From a virus (Duplodnaviria > Heunggongvirae > Uroviricota > Caudoviricetes), in IMG/VR virus record IMGVR_UViG_2663763339_000005, positions 1 to 45,686 of that record: 45,686 bases of DNA; one strand, 5' to 3'. This document shows, one piece after another, positions 23,309 to 32,231 of the stretch (within the stretch, counting starts at the first letter, position 1; every line of letters begins with the position of its first letter). Made by a program: the position numbers and the translations under genes. The notes under the pieces are model-generated. The model saw only the letters and a list, made by a program, of their open reading frames with translations, had not been told where the DNA came from and ran no database searches.

Positions 23309-24608
23309 TCTCCCGCATATTGCCAGCATGGCCTTTAATGAGCCGCTGATGCTTGAACCCGCCTATGCGCGGGTTTTCTTTTGTGCGCTTGCAGGCCAGC
23401 TTGGGATCAGCCGCCTGACGGATGCGGTGTCCGGCGACAGCCTGACTGCCCAGGAGGCACTCGCGACGCTGGCATTATCCGGTGATGATGACGGACCACG
23501 ACAGGCCCGCAGTTATCAGGTCATGAACGGCATCGCCGTGCTGCCGGTGTCCGGCACGCTGGTCAGCCGGACGCGGGCGCTGCAGCCGTACTCGGGGATG
23601 ACCGGTTACAACGGCATTATCGCCCGTCTGCAACAGGCTGCCAGCGATCCGATGGTGGACGGCATTCTGCTCGATATGGACACGCCCGGCGGGATGGTGG
23701 CGGGAGCATTTGACTGTGCTGACATCATCGCCCGTGTGCGTGACATAAAGCCGGTATGGGCGCTGGCCAACGACATGAACTGCAGTGCAGGTCAGCTGCT
23801 TGCCAGCGCCGCCTCCCGGCGTCTGGTCACGCAGACCGCCCGGACAGGCTCCATCGGCGTCATGATGGCTCACAGTAATTACGGTGCTGCGCTGGAGAAA
23901 CAGGGTGTGGAAATCACGCTGATTTACAGCGGCAGCCATAAGGTGGATGGCAACCCCTACAGCCATCTTCCGGATGACGTCCGGGAGACACTGCAGTCCC
24001 GGATGGACGCAACCCGCCAGATGTTTGCGCAGAAGGTGTCGGCATATACCGGCCTGTCCGTGCAGGCTGTGCTGGATACCGAGGCTGCAGTGTACAGCGG
24101 TCAGGAGGCCATTGATGCCGGACTGGCTGATGAACTTGTTAACAGCACCGATGCGATCACCGTCATGCGTGATGCACTGGATGCACGTAAATCCCGTCTC
24201 TCAGGAGGGCGAATGACCAAAGAGACTCAATCAACAACTGTTTCAGCCACTGCTTCGCAGGCTGACGTTACTGACGTGGTGCCAGCGACGGAGGGCGAAA
24301 ACGCCAGCGCGGCGCAGCCGGACGTGAACGCGCAGATCACCGCAGCGGTTGCGGCAGAAAACAGCCGCATTATGGGGATCCTCAACTGTGAGGAGGCTCA
24401 CGGACGCGAAGAACAGGCACGCGTGCTGGCAGAAACCCCCGGTATGACCGTGGAAACGGCCCGCCGCATTCTGGCCGCAGCACCACAGAGTGCACAGGCG
24501 CGCAGTGACACTGCGCTGGATCGTCTGATGCAGGGGGCACCGGCACCGCTGGCTGCAGGTAACCCGGCATCTGATGCCGTTAACGATTTGCTGAACACAC
24601 CAGTGTAA
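23289..24608 (+). CDS. C: Head protease / scaffold C (GTG start)
   Basis: GTG at 23289 preceded by GGAGG; VTAELRNLPHIASMAFNEPLMLEPAYARVFF matches lambda gpC; S49-type protease domain. Confidence 0.9.
24213..24608 (+). CDS. nu3: Scaffolding protein Nu3 (in-frame internal start within C)
   Basis: ATG at 24213 (MTKETQSTTVSATASQADV...) in the C frame, as in lambda. Confidence 0.85.
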   Translation: MTKETQSTTVSATASQADVTDVVPATEGENASAAQPDVNAQITAAVAAENSRIMGILNCEEAHGREEQARVLAETPGMTVETARRILAAAPQSAQARSDTALDRLMQGAPAPLAAGNPASDAVNDLLNTPV

Positions 24609-24617
24609 GGGATGTTT

Positions 24618-24950
24618 ATGACGAGCAAAGAAACCTTTACCCATTACCAGCCGCTGGGCAACAGTGACCCGGCTCATACCGCAACCGCGCCCGGCGGATT
24701 GAGTGCGAAAGCGCCTGCAATGACCCCGCTGATGCTGGACACCTCCACCCGTAAGCTGGTTGCGTGGGATGGCACCACCGACGGTGCTGCCGTTGGCATT
24801 CTTGCGGTTGCTGCTGACCAGACCAGCACCACGCTGACGTTCTACAAGTCCGGCACGTTCCGTTATGAGGATGTGCTCTGGCCGGAGGCTGCCAGCGATG
24901 AGACGAAAAAACGGACCGCGTTTGCCGGAACGGCAATCAGCATCGTTTAA
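24618..24950 (+). CDS. D: Head decoration protein D
   Basis: 110 aa from [27 protein letters not shown]...; matches lambda gpD. Confidence 0.95.
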   Translation: MTSKETFTHYQPLGNSDPAHTATAPGGLSAKAPAMTPLMLDTSTRKLVAWDGTTDGAAVGILAVAADQTSTTLTFYKSGTFRYEDVLWPEAASDETKKRTAFAGTAISIV

Positions 24951-24967
24951 CCTTACCCTTCATCACT

Positions 24968-24995
24968 AAAGGCCGCCTGTGCGGCTTTTTTTACG
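24968..24995 (+). terminator. Hairpin plus T-run between D and E (terminator-like attenuator)
   Basis: GGCCGCCTGTGCGGC followed by TTTTTTT. Confidence 0.5.
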
Positions 24996-25005
24996 GGATT
25001 TTTTT

Positions 25006-25281
25006 ATGTCGATTTACACAACCGCCCAGCTGCTGGCGGCAAATGAGCAGAAATTTAAGTTTGATCCGCTGTTTCTGCGTCTCTTTTTCCGTGAGAGCTA
25101 TCCCTTCACCACGGAGAAAGTCTATCTCTCACAAATTCCGGGACTGGTAAACATGGCGCTGTACGTTTCGCCGATTGTTTCCGGTGAGGTTATCCGTTCC
25201 CGTGGCGGATCCACCTCTGAATTTACACCGGGATATGTCAAGCCCAAGCACTTAGCATGGCTTTCTGAGGCTTTCGTGTAG
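25006..25281 (+). pseudogene. E: Major capsid protein E, 5' fragment (codons 1-81 intact, then 9 element-derived codons and stop), disrupted by insertion
   Basis: MSIYTTAQLLAANEQKFKFDPLFLRLFFRESYPFTTEKVYLSQIPGLVNMALYVSPIVSGEVIRSRGGSTSEFTPGYVKPKH matches lambda gpE N-terminus; divergence begins exactly after 25250. Confidence 0.92.
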
Positions 25282-25413
25282 TTGCTGGTTTTTACACTTA
25301 ATCTTTTGATAATAAAGAATAAGTTTATCTGGCGCTTTCACTGGATTTTCCTCGTTATCTGTGTGTTGCAATCATCTCTGTATTGCAGCTTGTATTGCTT
25401 TTTGGGGCTAAAA

Positions 25414-26649
25414 ATGGCTGGCGAGAACAAACTGAGCGACAAAGCACTTAAAGGATATCTGGGGAAACCCAGAGAAAAGCAGATCACCATTGCTGATGGA
25501 AAGGGGCTTTCTATTCGTGTGAGTACCAAGGGGGCTGTGAGCTTTGTTTTCTTCTACAGGTTAGCAGGTGGCCGGGCTGCTCCGGTCTGGCTAACGTTGG
25601 GTAAATATCCTGATATGTCACTCAAACAGGCAAGGGAAAAGCGCGACGAGTGCCGTGGTTGGTTGGCTGACAAACGTGATCCGCGTATCCAGATTAAGAT
25701 TCAGGCTGAAGAACGCTTAAAGCCGGTCACAGTGGAGGATGCACTAAATTACTGGTATGAAAATTACTGTAAGGTGCGTCGTAAAACTCATGCTGTAACG
25801 CTTGGCAGATTTCGAAAGCATATCTTTCCCTATATCGGTCATTTGCCCGTAAATGACACTCACCTATATGAATGGCTGGACTGTTTTGACCGAATTAAAC
25901 GTAATGCACCAGTTATGGCGGCGTATGTTTTTTCTGACACTAAATTAGCTCTTCGTTTTTGTCGGGTACGCCAGTACGCGACGTGTGATGCTTTAAAGGA
26001 TTTGCGCATGAGTGATGTGGGGCAGATTGCAGGTAAGCGGGATCGGGTTCTGGATGAAGCCGAACTGGGCCAGCTCTGGAAGGCAATTTTTGTCGAGCCT
26101 GATTTAAAACTAATGTCTGAATACACGCGAAAAATGTTTGTGCTTTGTACAGTATTTGGATGTCGAATGAGTGAAGCCCGATTATCTGAATGGAGCGAAT
26201 GGGATCTCGAAAGTTGGGTTTGGACTGTACCAAAAGATCACTCAAAAACTGGTGTTGAAATCGTCAGACCAGTACCTGAAATTCTACGACAGTGGGTAAC
26301 GGATGTTCACGAAGAGACAAAACATACTGGTTATGTGCTGGGAAGTCTGCGAATTAGAGAAAGCGTAAGCAAGATTGGGGGGAAAATCGGTAAACGTTTG
26401 GGCCATGAAAAACAATGGTCACTACACGACCTTAGAAGAACGCTATCTACTCATCTAAGTGATCTCGGTGTTGAATTTTATGTAGTAGAACAACTGTTAG
26501 GCCATGCGCTACCTGGCGTGGCAGGTGTTTACAACCGGAGTAAGTTTATGGCTAAAAAACTGGATGCTCTGGAACTCTGGACTACATATCTCAATAGCAT
26601 CGCAGGTGCTGATTCAAAAGTGACAATCCTCAAACAAAAGGCTGGTTAA
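25414..26649 (+). CDS. Tyrosine integrase, P4-like family (element integrase)
   Basis: ORF 25282..26649; start at Met 25414 (MAGENKLSDKALKGY...); C-terminal HDLRRT...GH...Y catalytic motifs; adjacent to left attachment junction. Confidence 0.88.
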   Translation: MAGENKLSDKALKGYLGKPREKQITIADGKGLSIRVSTKGAVSFVFFYRLAGGRAAPVWLTLGKYPDMSLKQAREKRDECRGWLADKRDPRIQIKIQAEERLKPVTVEDALNYWYENYCKVRRKTHAVTLGRFRKHIFPYIGHLPVNDTHLYEWLDCFDRIKRNAPVMAAYVFSDTKLALRFCRVRQYATCDALKDLRMSDVGQIAGKRDRVLDEAELGQLWKAIFVEPDLKLMSEYTRKMFVLCTVFGCRMSEARLSEWSEWDLESWVWTVPKDHSKTGVEIVRPVPEILRQWVTDVHEETKHTGYVLGSLRIRESVSKIGGKIGKRLGHEKQWSLHDLRRTLSTHLSDLGVEFYVVEQLLGHALPGVAGVYNRSKFMAKKLDALELWTTYLNSIAGADSKVTILKQKAG

Positions 26650-26650
26650 C

Positions 26651-26878
26651 ATGAAAAAAATGGCAATTGTTGATAAAAAGGGTCTGGAGTACATTCCTAA
26701 CATCGATCGTATGATCCGTGAGAAAGAATGTCGGGAGCTAACCACTCTTGCAAACAGCACACGCTGGAAGCTGGAGAAGGAAGGAAAATTTCCTAAGCGG
26801 ATCAAGATTGGTTCCACTGCTGTTGCATATCGTCTTTCAGAAGTGCAGGCATGGATTCGAGGTGAGTGGGTAGTTTAA
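26651..26878 (+). CDS. AlpA-like transcriptional regulator/excisionase
   Basis: 75 aa; ...RELTTLANSTRWKLEKEGKFPKRIKIGSTAVAYRLSEVQAWI is a typical AlpA HTH; directly downstream of integrase. Confidence 0.8.
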   Translation: MKKMAIVDKKGLEYIPNIDRMIREKECRELTTLANSTRWKLEKEGKFPKRIKIGSTAVAYRLSEVQAWIRGEWVV

Positions 26879-26904
26879 ATTATCTCAGAATAAAATATTA
26901 TGAA

Positions 26905-26938
26905 TTACTGATTTGAGAATTTGTACTCAAATCAGTAA
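26905..26938. terminator. Bidirectional hairpin between alpA and convergent membrane-protein gene
   Basis: TTACTGATTTGAG...CTCAAATCAGTAA 13-bp inverted repeat in AT-rich context. Confidence 0.5.
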
Positions 26939-26947
26939 TAACATTCT

Positions 26948-27484
26948 TTATAAGAGATTAAATCCAAATAAAGAGTAATCATATACCGGGGTGCATTGCA
27001 TCCCACTGAATATGCTGATGTTTTTTTCTGTTTCTATCCTTTTTTCAATAAGTTGTTGTATATTTTTACAGTACAATTTGTGTGTGATGTTATTATCGTA
27101 AGCCTGATATAGCAACGTCAATGTTGACGCTAGGAAACATACAGATAAAATTAAAATAATATATGCAGTTTTTTTATTTTTTGTCCATGATCTATTTGTT
27201 TGTGAAATATAAAGAATTCTGAGGTGGATAATGGTGAGAGACAATAGCAGGCCACTCAATAAAATAAGTATTGGGTTTGCGTATTTTATTAATGGTTGAG
27301 AGCAAAAAACTATTATAGCTCCTGTGACTGCGTATGAGAAAAAGGAGTGATTAAACTTCTTACTCCTTCTCTCAAGTATTTTAATTTCATCTTGTGTGGG
27401 GGTTTTAGATGCCTCTAATATAAGTTTATTGAATGTTTCTGTTATCTTGTTTTTTGTGTTTGTGGCTATTTTTTTTAGATTCAT
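26948..27484 (-). CDS. Hypothetical membrane protein (element cargo)
   Basis: 178 aa, very AT-rich, hydrophobic segments (AVTGAIIVFCSQPLI..., ILILLSGLLLSLTIIHL..., AYIILILSVCFLASTLTLL); opposite strand to core element genes. Confidence 0.5.
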   Translation of the reverse strand: MNLKKIATNTKNKITETFNKLILEASKTPTQDEIKILERRSKKFNHSFFSYAVTGAIIVFCSQPLIKYANPILILLSGLLLSLTIIHLRILYISQTNRSWTKNKKTAYIILILSVCFLASTLTLLYQAYDNNITHKLYCKNIQQLIEKRIETEKNISIFSGMQCTPVYDYSLFGFNLL

Positions 27485-27834
27485 AGCATTCTAACTCCCT
27501 TAACTTATTTATTACTTTCTCTTTATGATAAGAGAGGGGAATGACTTGGTAAAGTGATTTGTCATTAATAATGATAATCCTTGCGATAAATATTTCTGCA
27601 AGTTATTTATCTGTTTGTTGCTATCTTGTTAAGCGTTGGGTGTGGTTTATGTTTGGAGCGACTTTATTTAATCGTGATTTTATGGATTTATATTTATATC
27701 CTGTAAGATAAGCGCATGTTAGTTCAGGAGTAGTGTCAGATAAAATTATTCGGAGTAGAACTACCTTTTCTGTTTATTGCCAGTATTTACATAGCAATGC
27801 GCCGTAGTTACTCACATCACGGCGCTGATACTAA

Positions 27835-28137
27835 TTATTCAGATTCTTTGGCTTTACGCCGCTGGAGTTCTTCACGAGCGACGGCTACGAGTTGCCCGAT
27901 TTCCTCCGCTGCCTTGATGCCGATTTGTTCGACCTTAGCTAAGGCATCCAGTGAAGACACGAGGGGATTTTCTCCGCTTCCTTCTGCCTGGCGGCGGGCG
28001 ATCTCACCGCGCATGGCGGTTACTATGAATCCGGCGTTGCTTTCGCCGTCCAGTTTTACGGATTCCATGCCCTCCATAACATCGTGGGGAACCCTGATCG
28101 TTGTCATTTGCGATTTTGCATTTTTGTATACAGACAT
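27835..28137 (-). CDS. Putative ribbon-helix-helix transcriptional repressor of the element
   Basis: 100 aa; N-terminal TTIRVPHDVMEGMESVKL...GFIVTAMRGEIARRQ fits beta-strand/helix/helix RHH pattern; divergent from operon containing primase across an operator-rich region. Confidence 0.5.
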   Translation of the reverse strand: MSVYKNAKSQMTTIRVPHDVMEGMESVKLDGESNAGFIVTAMRGEIARRQAEGSGENPLVSSLDALAKVEQIGIKAAEEIGQLVAVAREELQRRKAKESE

Positions 28138-28139
28138 AG

Positions 28140-28345
28140 TTAATCACCAATTTGTTATGTGTATATCACTATACACAAAAGTGAGATATAAAAACACTTG
28201 CAATGTATATCACCACAATATAATGTATATCTCACATTATGGTAGCTATGTATCTCACAATGATCGATTCATAAAAACGACGAAACCCGGCAGTGCGCGA
28301 ACACTAACCGGGCTTCTAACCAAACCGTTAAACGAGGTAACGACT
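28140..28345. promoter_or_regulatory. Operator-rich divergent promoter region of the element
   Basis: Repeated TGTATATC(A/T)CAC-like motifs in both orientations (tgtgtatatcactatacaca, gtgagatata, tgtatatcacc, tgtatatctcac, tgtatctcac). Confidence 0.55.
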
Positions 28346-28711
28346 ATGGCTGGAACACAGCATACCCAAACTCACCCTAAATTTATATACATCTTTCTGG
28401 CGCTACATCGCGATCGCATAGCAGATGGAGCAACTACGGTACATGTAGCCGCTGACACGCTGGTTGATGCCCGCAAGATGGTTAAGGAGATGGGCTATAC
28501 TGCGGCTTTCTGGAAAGGGCGGGAAGAAAACACGCTGTTTATTCAGAAATGTGAAAACAATTTCATCTGGCGTTTTATCGCCCTGAGTACGGCACAACCG
28601 CGCGTGATTACCATCGAGGCCACCAGCGAACAGGAAGCCCGCCAGCAATCCCCAACTGGCTGCGTGATGATATTCGCCGCCCGTATTCGTCAGGAGGTGT
28701 GCCATGAATGA
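28346..28711 (+). CDS. Hypothetical protein, first gene of element rightward operon
   Basis: ORF 27797..28711 trimmed to Met 28346 preceded by GAGG; 121 aa; internally repeated small domain; function unknown. Confidence 0.45.
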   Translation: MAGTQHTQTHPKFIYIFLALHRDRIADGATTVHVAADTLVDARKMVKEMGYTAAFWKGREENTLFIQKCENNFIWRFIALSTAQPRVITIEATSEQEARQQSPTGCVMIFAARIRQEVCHE

Positions 28712-28928
28712 TCTTTATTTTAAAGTGCTGACACATGCTGAAAACGCGCTCGTTTGTGGCAAAAATATGCGAGAAATCTTATCAACTTGGCTTGATGGGA
28801 CAACAAATGCGGAACACGATGAACGGGATGCTAATTTAGCTGGAGCGTTAATTACGTTACTTGATCCTGTCATCAAAGAGCTGGATGAAGCTATAAAAAT
28901 ACACGACCAGAGCTATACCGGAGAATAA
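28704..28928 (+). CDS. Hypothetical protein
   Basis: 74-aa ORF translationally coupled to upstream gene. Confidence 0.4.
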   Translation: MNDLYFKVLTHAENALVCGKNMREILSTWLDGTTNAEHDERDANLAGALITLLDPVIKELDEAIKIHDQSYTGE

Positions 28929-28930
28929 AA

Positions 28931-29218
28931 ATGAAAAATAAATTTTCTGGCTTTATTGCCAGCGGTCAAACTCATTCAAAAATCAGCCTTGGGGATATTT
29001 TCAAAGATAGCTATGGCTATCGAGTAAAGATTATTTCGGTTGATGATCGCCGTGTCTCTTATTTGCGTGATGGTTATGATTTTGAATGTGTTATGCCGCG
29101 TCAGCAGTTCGAAAGAGATTTCATTCTGGTAAAAAATTGCAAGACAGATAATCAGAGGCGTGCCGCAGGCTATATCCGCAAAATTCGGGCAATGTTAGTT
29201 GCCGGAGGTAACAAATGA
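28931..29218 (+). CDS. Hypothetical protein
   Basis: 95-aa ORF immediately upstream of and overlapping primase start. Confidence 0.4.
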   Translation: MKNKFSGFIASGQTHSKISLGDIFKDSYGYRVKIISVDDRRVSYLRDGYDFECVMPRQQFERDFILVKNCKTDNQRRAAGYIRKIRAMLVAGGNK

Positions 29219-31035
29219 AACGTGCTCCGAACTTAAAATACCAACCGCGCGACAAAATGACAGAAGTCATCATTTTTGCTGGCAGTGATGCCTGGAGCCA
29301 TGCAAAAGAATGGAATGAATGGGCGGGTAAGCATATTGCAGCAGATGATACACCACCAGTAATTCTGGGTACGGAACAACTGGAAAACCTGGATGATATG
29401 CAAATTATCGATGAAGGCCGTCATTATGTGCGTGTTTATCGTGCCGGAAAGATCGCAGAGAAAAATCTGACGAAGGTTGCGACATTACTTGCTATTGCAG
29501 GCGTAAAGGAAGCACGTTGTTACCGTAGCTTTGTTGATCGAGAGCCTGAAGACTGGACTCCGCGCCTTGTCGGCCTAAAAGCTGAAGCGGAGCATGGGGA
29601 AAGTCTGGTGATTGAACTGCCAGTGAAGAAGGCAGAGCGCAAAAATGACGAGCGTGCTTCATCTTTGGCGTTGAATCAGATGGGGGCCAGCCAGCGCGGT
29701 GAAGTTCTCCTGGCACATTACGGCGGCGAACTGGCAATCAATGCCGACTCTGACACCGTTCATCATTACAACGGCGTTGTATGGGAGCCGGTTCAGGATA
29801 AAGAGTTACAGCGTGCTATGGCGCAGATTTTCATTGATGCGGAGATCAGCTATTCGCAGAACGCCATTAAATCGGCGGTAGATACCATGAAGTTAAGTTT
29901 GCCTGTAATGGGGAATACAGCCCGTAACCTGATTGGATTCAGTAACGGGGTATTTGATACCAGAACAGGTAATTTTCGGGATCATAACAAAAACGACTGG
30001 TTGTTAATTGCCAGTGAATTACCTTTCAGCCCACCAGCAGAGGGGGAAACGCTGGCAACACATGCGCCGAATTTCTGGAAGTGGTTGCGCCGTTCGGTGG
30101 CTGAGAATGACCGCAAGGCAGATCGCGTACTGGCGGCATTATTCATGGTGCTGGCGAACCGGTACGACTGGCAGTTATTCATTGAGGTAACAGGGCCGGG
30201 GGGAAGTGGTAAAAGCGTGATGGCGGAGATTTGCACCATGCTGGCGGGTAAGGCTAATACAGTATCAGCAAGCATGAAGGCGCTGGAAGATGCAAGGGAA
30301 CGTGCGTTAGTGGTTGGCTTTTCGCTGATTATCATGCCGGATATGACCCGCTACGCTGGTGATGGGGCAGGGATTAAGGCCATTACAGGCGGTGACAAGG
30401 TGGCAATTGACCCGAAACACAAAGCCCCCTATTCAACGCGTATTCCGGCAGTAGTGCTGGCGGTTAACAATAACGCCATGTCATTCAGTGACCGCAGCGG
30501 GGGGATCTCACGTCGTCGGGTGATATTCAATTTTTCGGAAGTTGTACCGGAGAACGAACGCGATTCGATGCTGGCGGAAAAAATAGAAGGTGAGCTGGCG
30601 GTAGTGATTCGTCATCTGCTTACACGGTTTGCTGATCAGGACGAAGCCAGACGCCTGTTATATGAGCAGCAGAAATCTGAAGAAGCACTGGCGATAAAGC
30701 GAGAGGGGGATTCGCTGGTGGACTTCTGCGGCTATCTCATGGCATCGGTAATGTGTGATGGCCTGTTAGTGGGTAATGCTGAAATTGTGCCATTCAGCCC
30801 ACGCAGGTATCTCTATCATGCCTATCTGGCTTATATGAGGGCACATGGGTTTGGTAAACCTGTAACACTGACGCGCTTCGGTAAAGATATGCCGGGGGCA
30901 ATGGCGGAATATGGCAGGGAGTATATGAAACGGAAAACGAAGCACGGTTTGCGTTCAAACGTGACACTGACGGAGGAATCAGAAGACTGGATGCCATCAT
31001 GTGTATCGGTCACTAATGACGATAGCAAAAATTAA
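29215..31035 (+). CDS. Primase/helicase, phage-plasmid P4-family (D5_N + SF3 helicase-like C-terminal domain)
   Basis: 606 aa; Walker A GPGGSGKS; region NGVFDTRTGNFRDHNKNDW...; followed by iteron array. Confidence 0.85.
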   Translation: MKRAPNLKYQPRDKMTEVIIFAGSDAWSHAKEWNEWAGKHIAADDTPPVILGTEQLENLDDMQIIDEGRHYVRVYRAGKIAEKNLTKVATLLAIAGVKEARCYRSFVDREPEDWTPRLVGLKAEAEHGESLVIELPVKKAERKNDERASSLALNQMGASQRGEVLLAHYGGELAINADSDTVHHYNGVVWEPVQDKELQRAMAQIFIDAEISYSQNAIKSAVDTMKLSLPVMGNTARNLIGFSNGVFDTRTGNFRDHNKNDWLLIASELPFSPPAEGETLATHAPNFWKWLRRSVAENDRKADRVLAALFMVLANRYDWQLFIEVTGPGGSGKSVMAEICTMLAGKANTVSASMKALEDARERALVVGFSLIIMPDMTRYAGDGAGIKAITGGDKVAIDPKHKAPYSTRIPAVVLAVNNNAMSFSDRSGGISRRRVIFNFSEVVPENERDSMLAEKIEGELAVVIRHLLTRFADQDEARRLLYEQQKSEEALAIKREGDSLVDFCGYLMASVMCDGLLVGNAEIVPFSPRRYLYHAYLAYMRAHGFGKPVTLTRFGKDMPGAMAEYGREYMKRKTKHGLRSNVTLTEESEDWMPSCVSVTNDDSKN

Positions 31036-31048
31036 ACTTATGGAATAA

Positions 31049-31280
31049 CTGTTCACCACTGTTCACCCTGTCATAAATATCTTTTATATCAGTATATTAT
31101 AGGGTGAACAGTTATTTATGAACTGTTCACCAAACTATTCACTGTTCACCTTTTTGATTGTTTATTGAGCTTCAAGGGTGAACAGTGGTGAACAGTTGGT
31201 GAATAGTTTTTGTGAAACTGTTCACCCATTAACATTATGAATTAAAAGAGAAAATATCAAAAGGTGAACAGGTGAAGGGT
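31049..31280. repeat. Element replication origin: ~10 copies of TGTTCACC/GGTGAACA iterons in both orientations
   Basis: ctgttcaccactgttcaccc, gggtgaacagtt, gaactgttcacc, cactgttcacc, gggtgaacagtggtgaacagttggtgaatag, actgttcaccc, aggtgaacaggtgaaggg read directly. Confidence 0.8.
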
Positions 31281-31322
31281 TAAAACGCAAAAATTTTAAT
31301 TTACTGCTGTGAGATAAAGCCT

Positions 31323-31568
31323 ATGACAGCGAAGCACACAAAAAAATCACAATCGCACGCCCTTGATTTGACGGAACACTGGTTAAGGGTGTCGATAAAA
31401 ATCATCGACCGCAACGCCGGGGAAGGATACGCGAAAGCACATCCCGAACTGATTAGCGCATTCATGACAACGGCGGCTGCAAACTTTGCCACTCTGACCG
31501 AACGGGAGATTGCTGAAGCGGAGGAAGTGACAACAATCAATATTAAGTCCGGAGAGCAGGCAGCATGA
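31323..31568 (+). CDS. Hypothetical protein
   Basis: 81-aa ORF downstream of ori, coupled to SSB gene. Confidence 0.4.
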   Translation: MTAKHTKKSQSHALDLTEHWLRVSIKIIDRNAGEGYAKAHPELISAFMTTAAANFATLTEREIAEAEEVTTINIKSGEQAA

Positions 31569-32014
31569 CGGCGCAAATATCAGTTTACGGGCGGTTGGTG
31601 GACGACCCGCAGACAAAACAGACCAGCAAGGGCACCCCCATGACGCTGGCGCGTATGGCGGTATCACTGCCCTGCAGTCAGTCGGATGACGGTCAGGCGA
31701 CGATGTGGTTATCTGTCCTGGCGTTTGGCAGACAAGCCGACGCGCTGGCAAAGCATCACAAAGGCGAACTCCTGAGCGTGGCGGGTAACATGCAGATGAG
31801 CCAGTGGACTGGACAGAACGGCGAAACGCGGCAGGGCTGGCAGGTTATCGCAGACAGCGTAATCAGTGCGCGATCGGTGCGACCGGGCGGCAATAAAGGC
31901 CAACAGGGGCAGGCTACTGACGCACTGAACAGAGCAAAACAACAGGCAGATCAGCAAGGAAGCCAGCCACCAGTGGGAGATAATGAGCAATGGGGAGATG
32001 ATATCCCGTTTTAA
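31565..32014 (+). CDS. Single-stranded DNA-binding protein (SSB)
   Basis: 149 aa; OB-fold N-terminus, Gly/Gln-rich linker and acidic C-terminal tail ...GDDIPF characteristic of SSB. Confidence 0.85.
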   Translation: MTAQISVYGRLVDDPQTKQTSKGTPMTLARMAVSLPCSQSDDGQATMWLSVLAFGRQADALAKHHKGELLSVAGNMQMSQWTGQNGETRQGWQVIADSVISARSVRPGGNKGQQGQATDALNRAKQQADQQGSQPPVGDNEQWGDDIPF

Positions 32015-32231
32015 ATATTGCCAATAAAAAAAGGCCGGAAAAAATAAATTTTCCGGCATGCTACATAAATCCCGACCAAAGGGAGTGAAGATATTAACAC
32101 TAATTTTCCGCACTGAAGTTGTCACCCCAAAACTTTATACAACATTGCACTCGGTTGCATGTATTCGCATGACAAATATCGGTGATAGCATATATCCACA
32201 ATTATTTTTAATGAATGCAAAGAGGATGCGT

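Noticed and set aside
24979-25005. Upstream extension of E (MRLFLRDFF...) suggested by the six-frame track
   Set aside because: Lambda E starts at the Met of MSMYTTAQLL; the extension overlaps the D-E intergenic hairpin and has no RBS.
27797-28711. 304-aa plus-strand ORF spanning the element switch region
   Set aside because: Its N-terminal two-thirds is antisense to the RHH repressor gene and crosses the operator-rich intergenic region; only the part from Met 28346 (with RBS) is plausible as a gene.
31049-31280. Short repeats that could be mistaken for a CRISPR array
   Set aside because: Repeat unit is only ~8 bp, occurs in both orientations with irregular spacing, has no cas genes nearby and lies directly downstream of a primase gene; interpreted as replication iterons.
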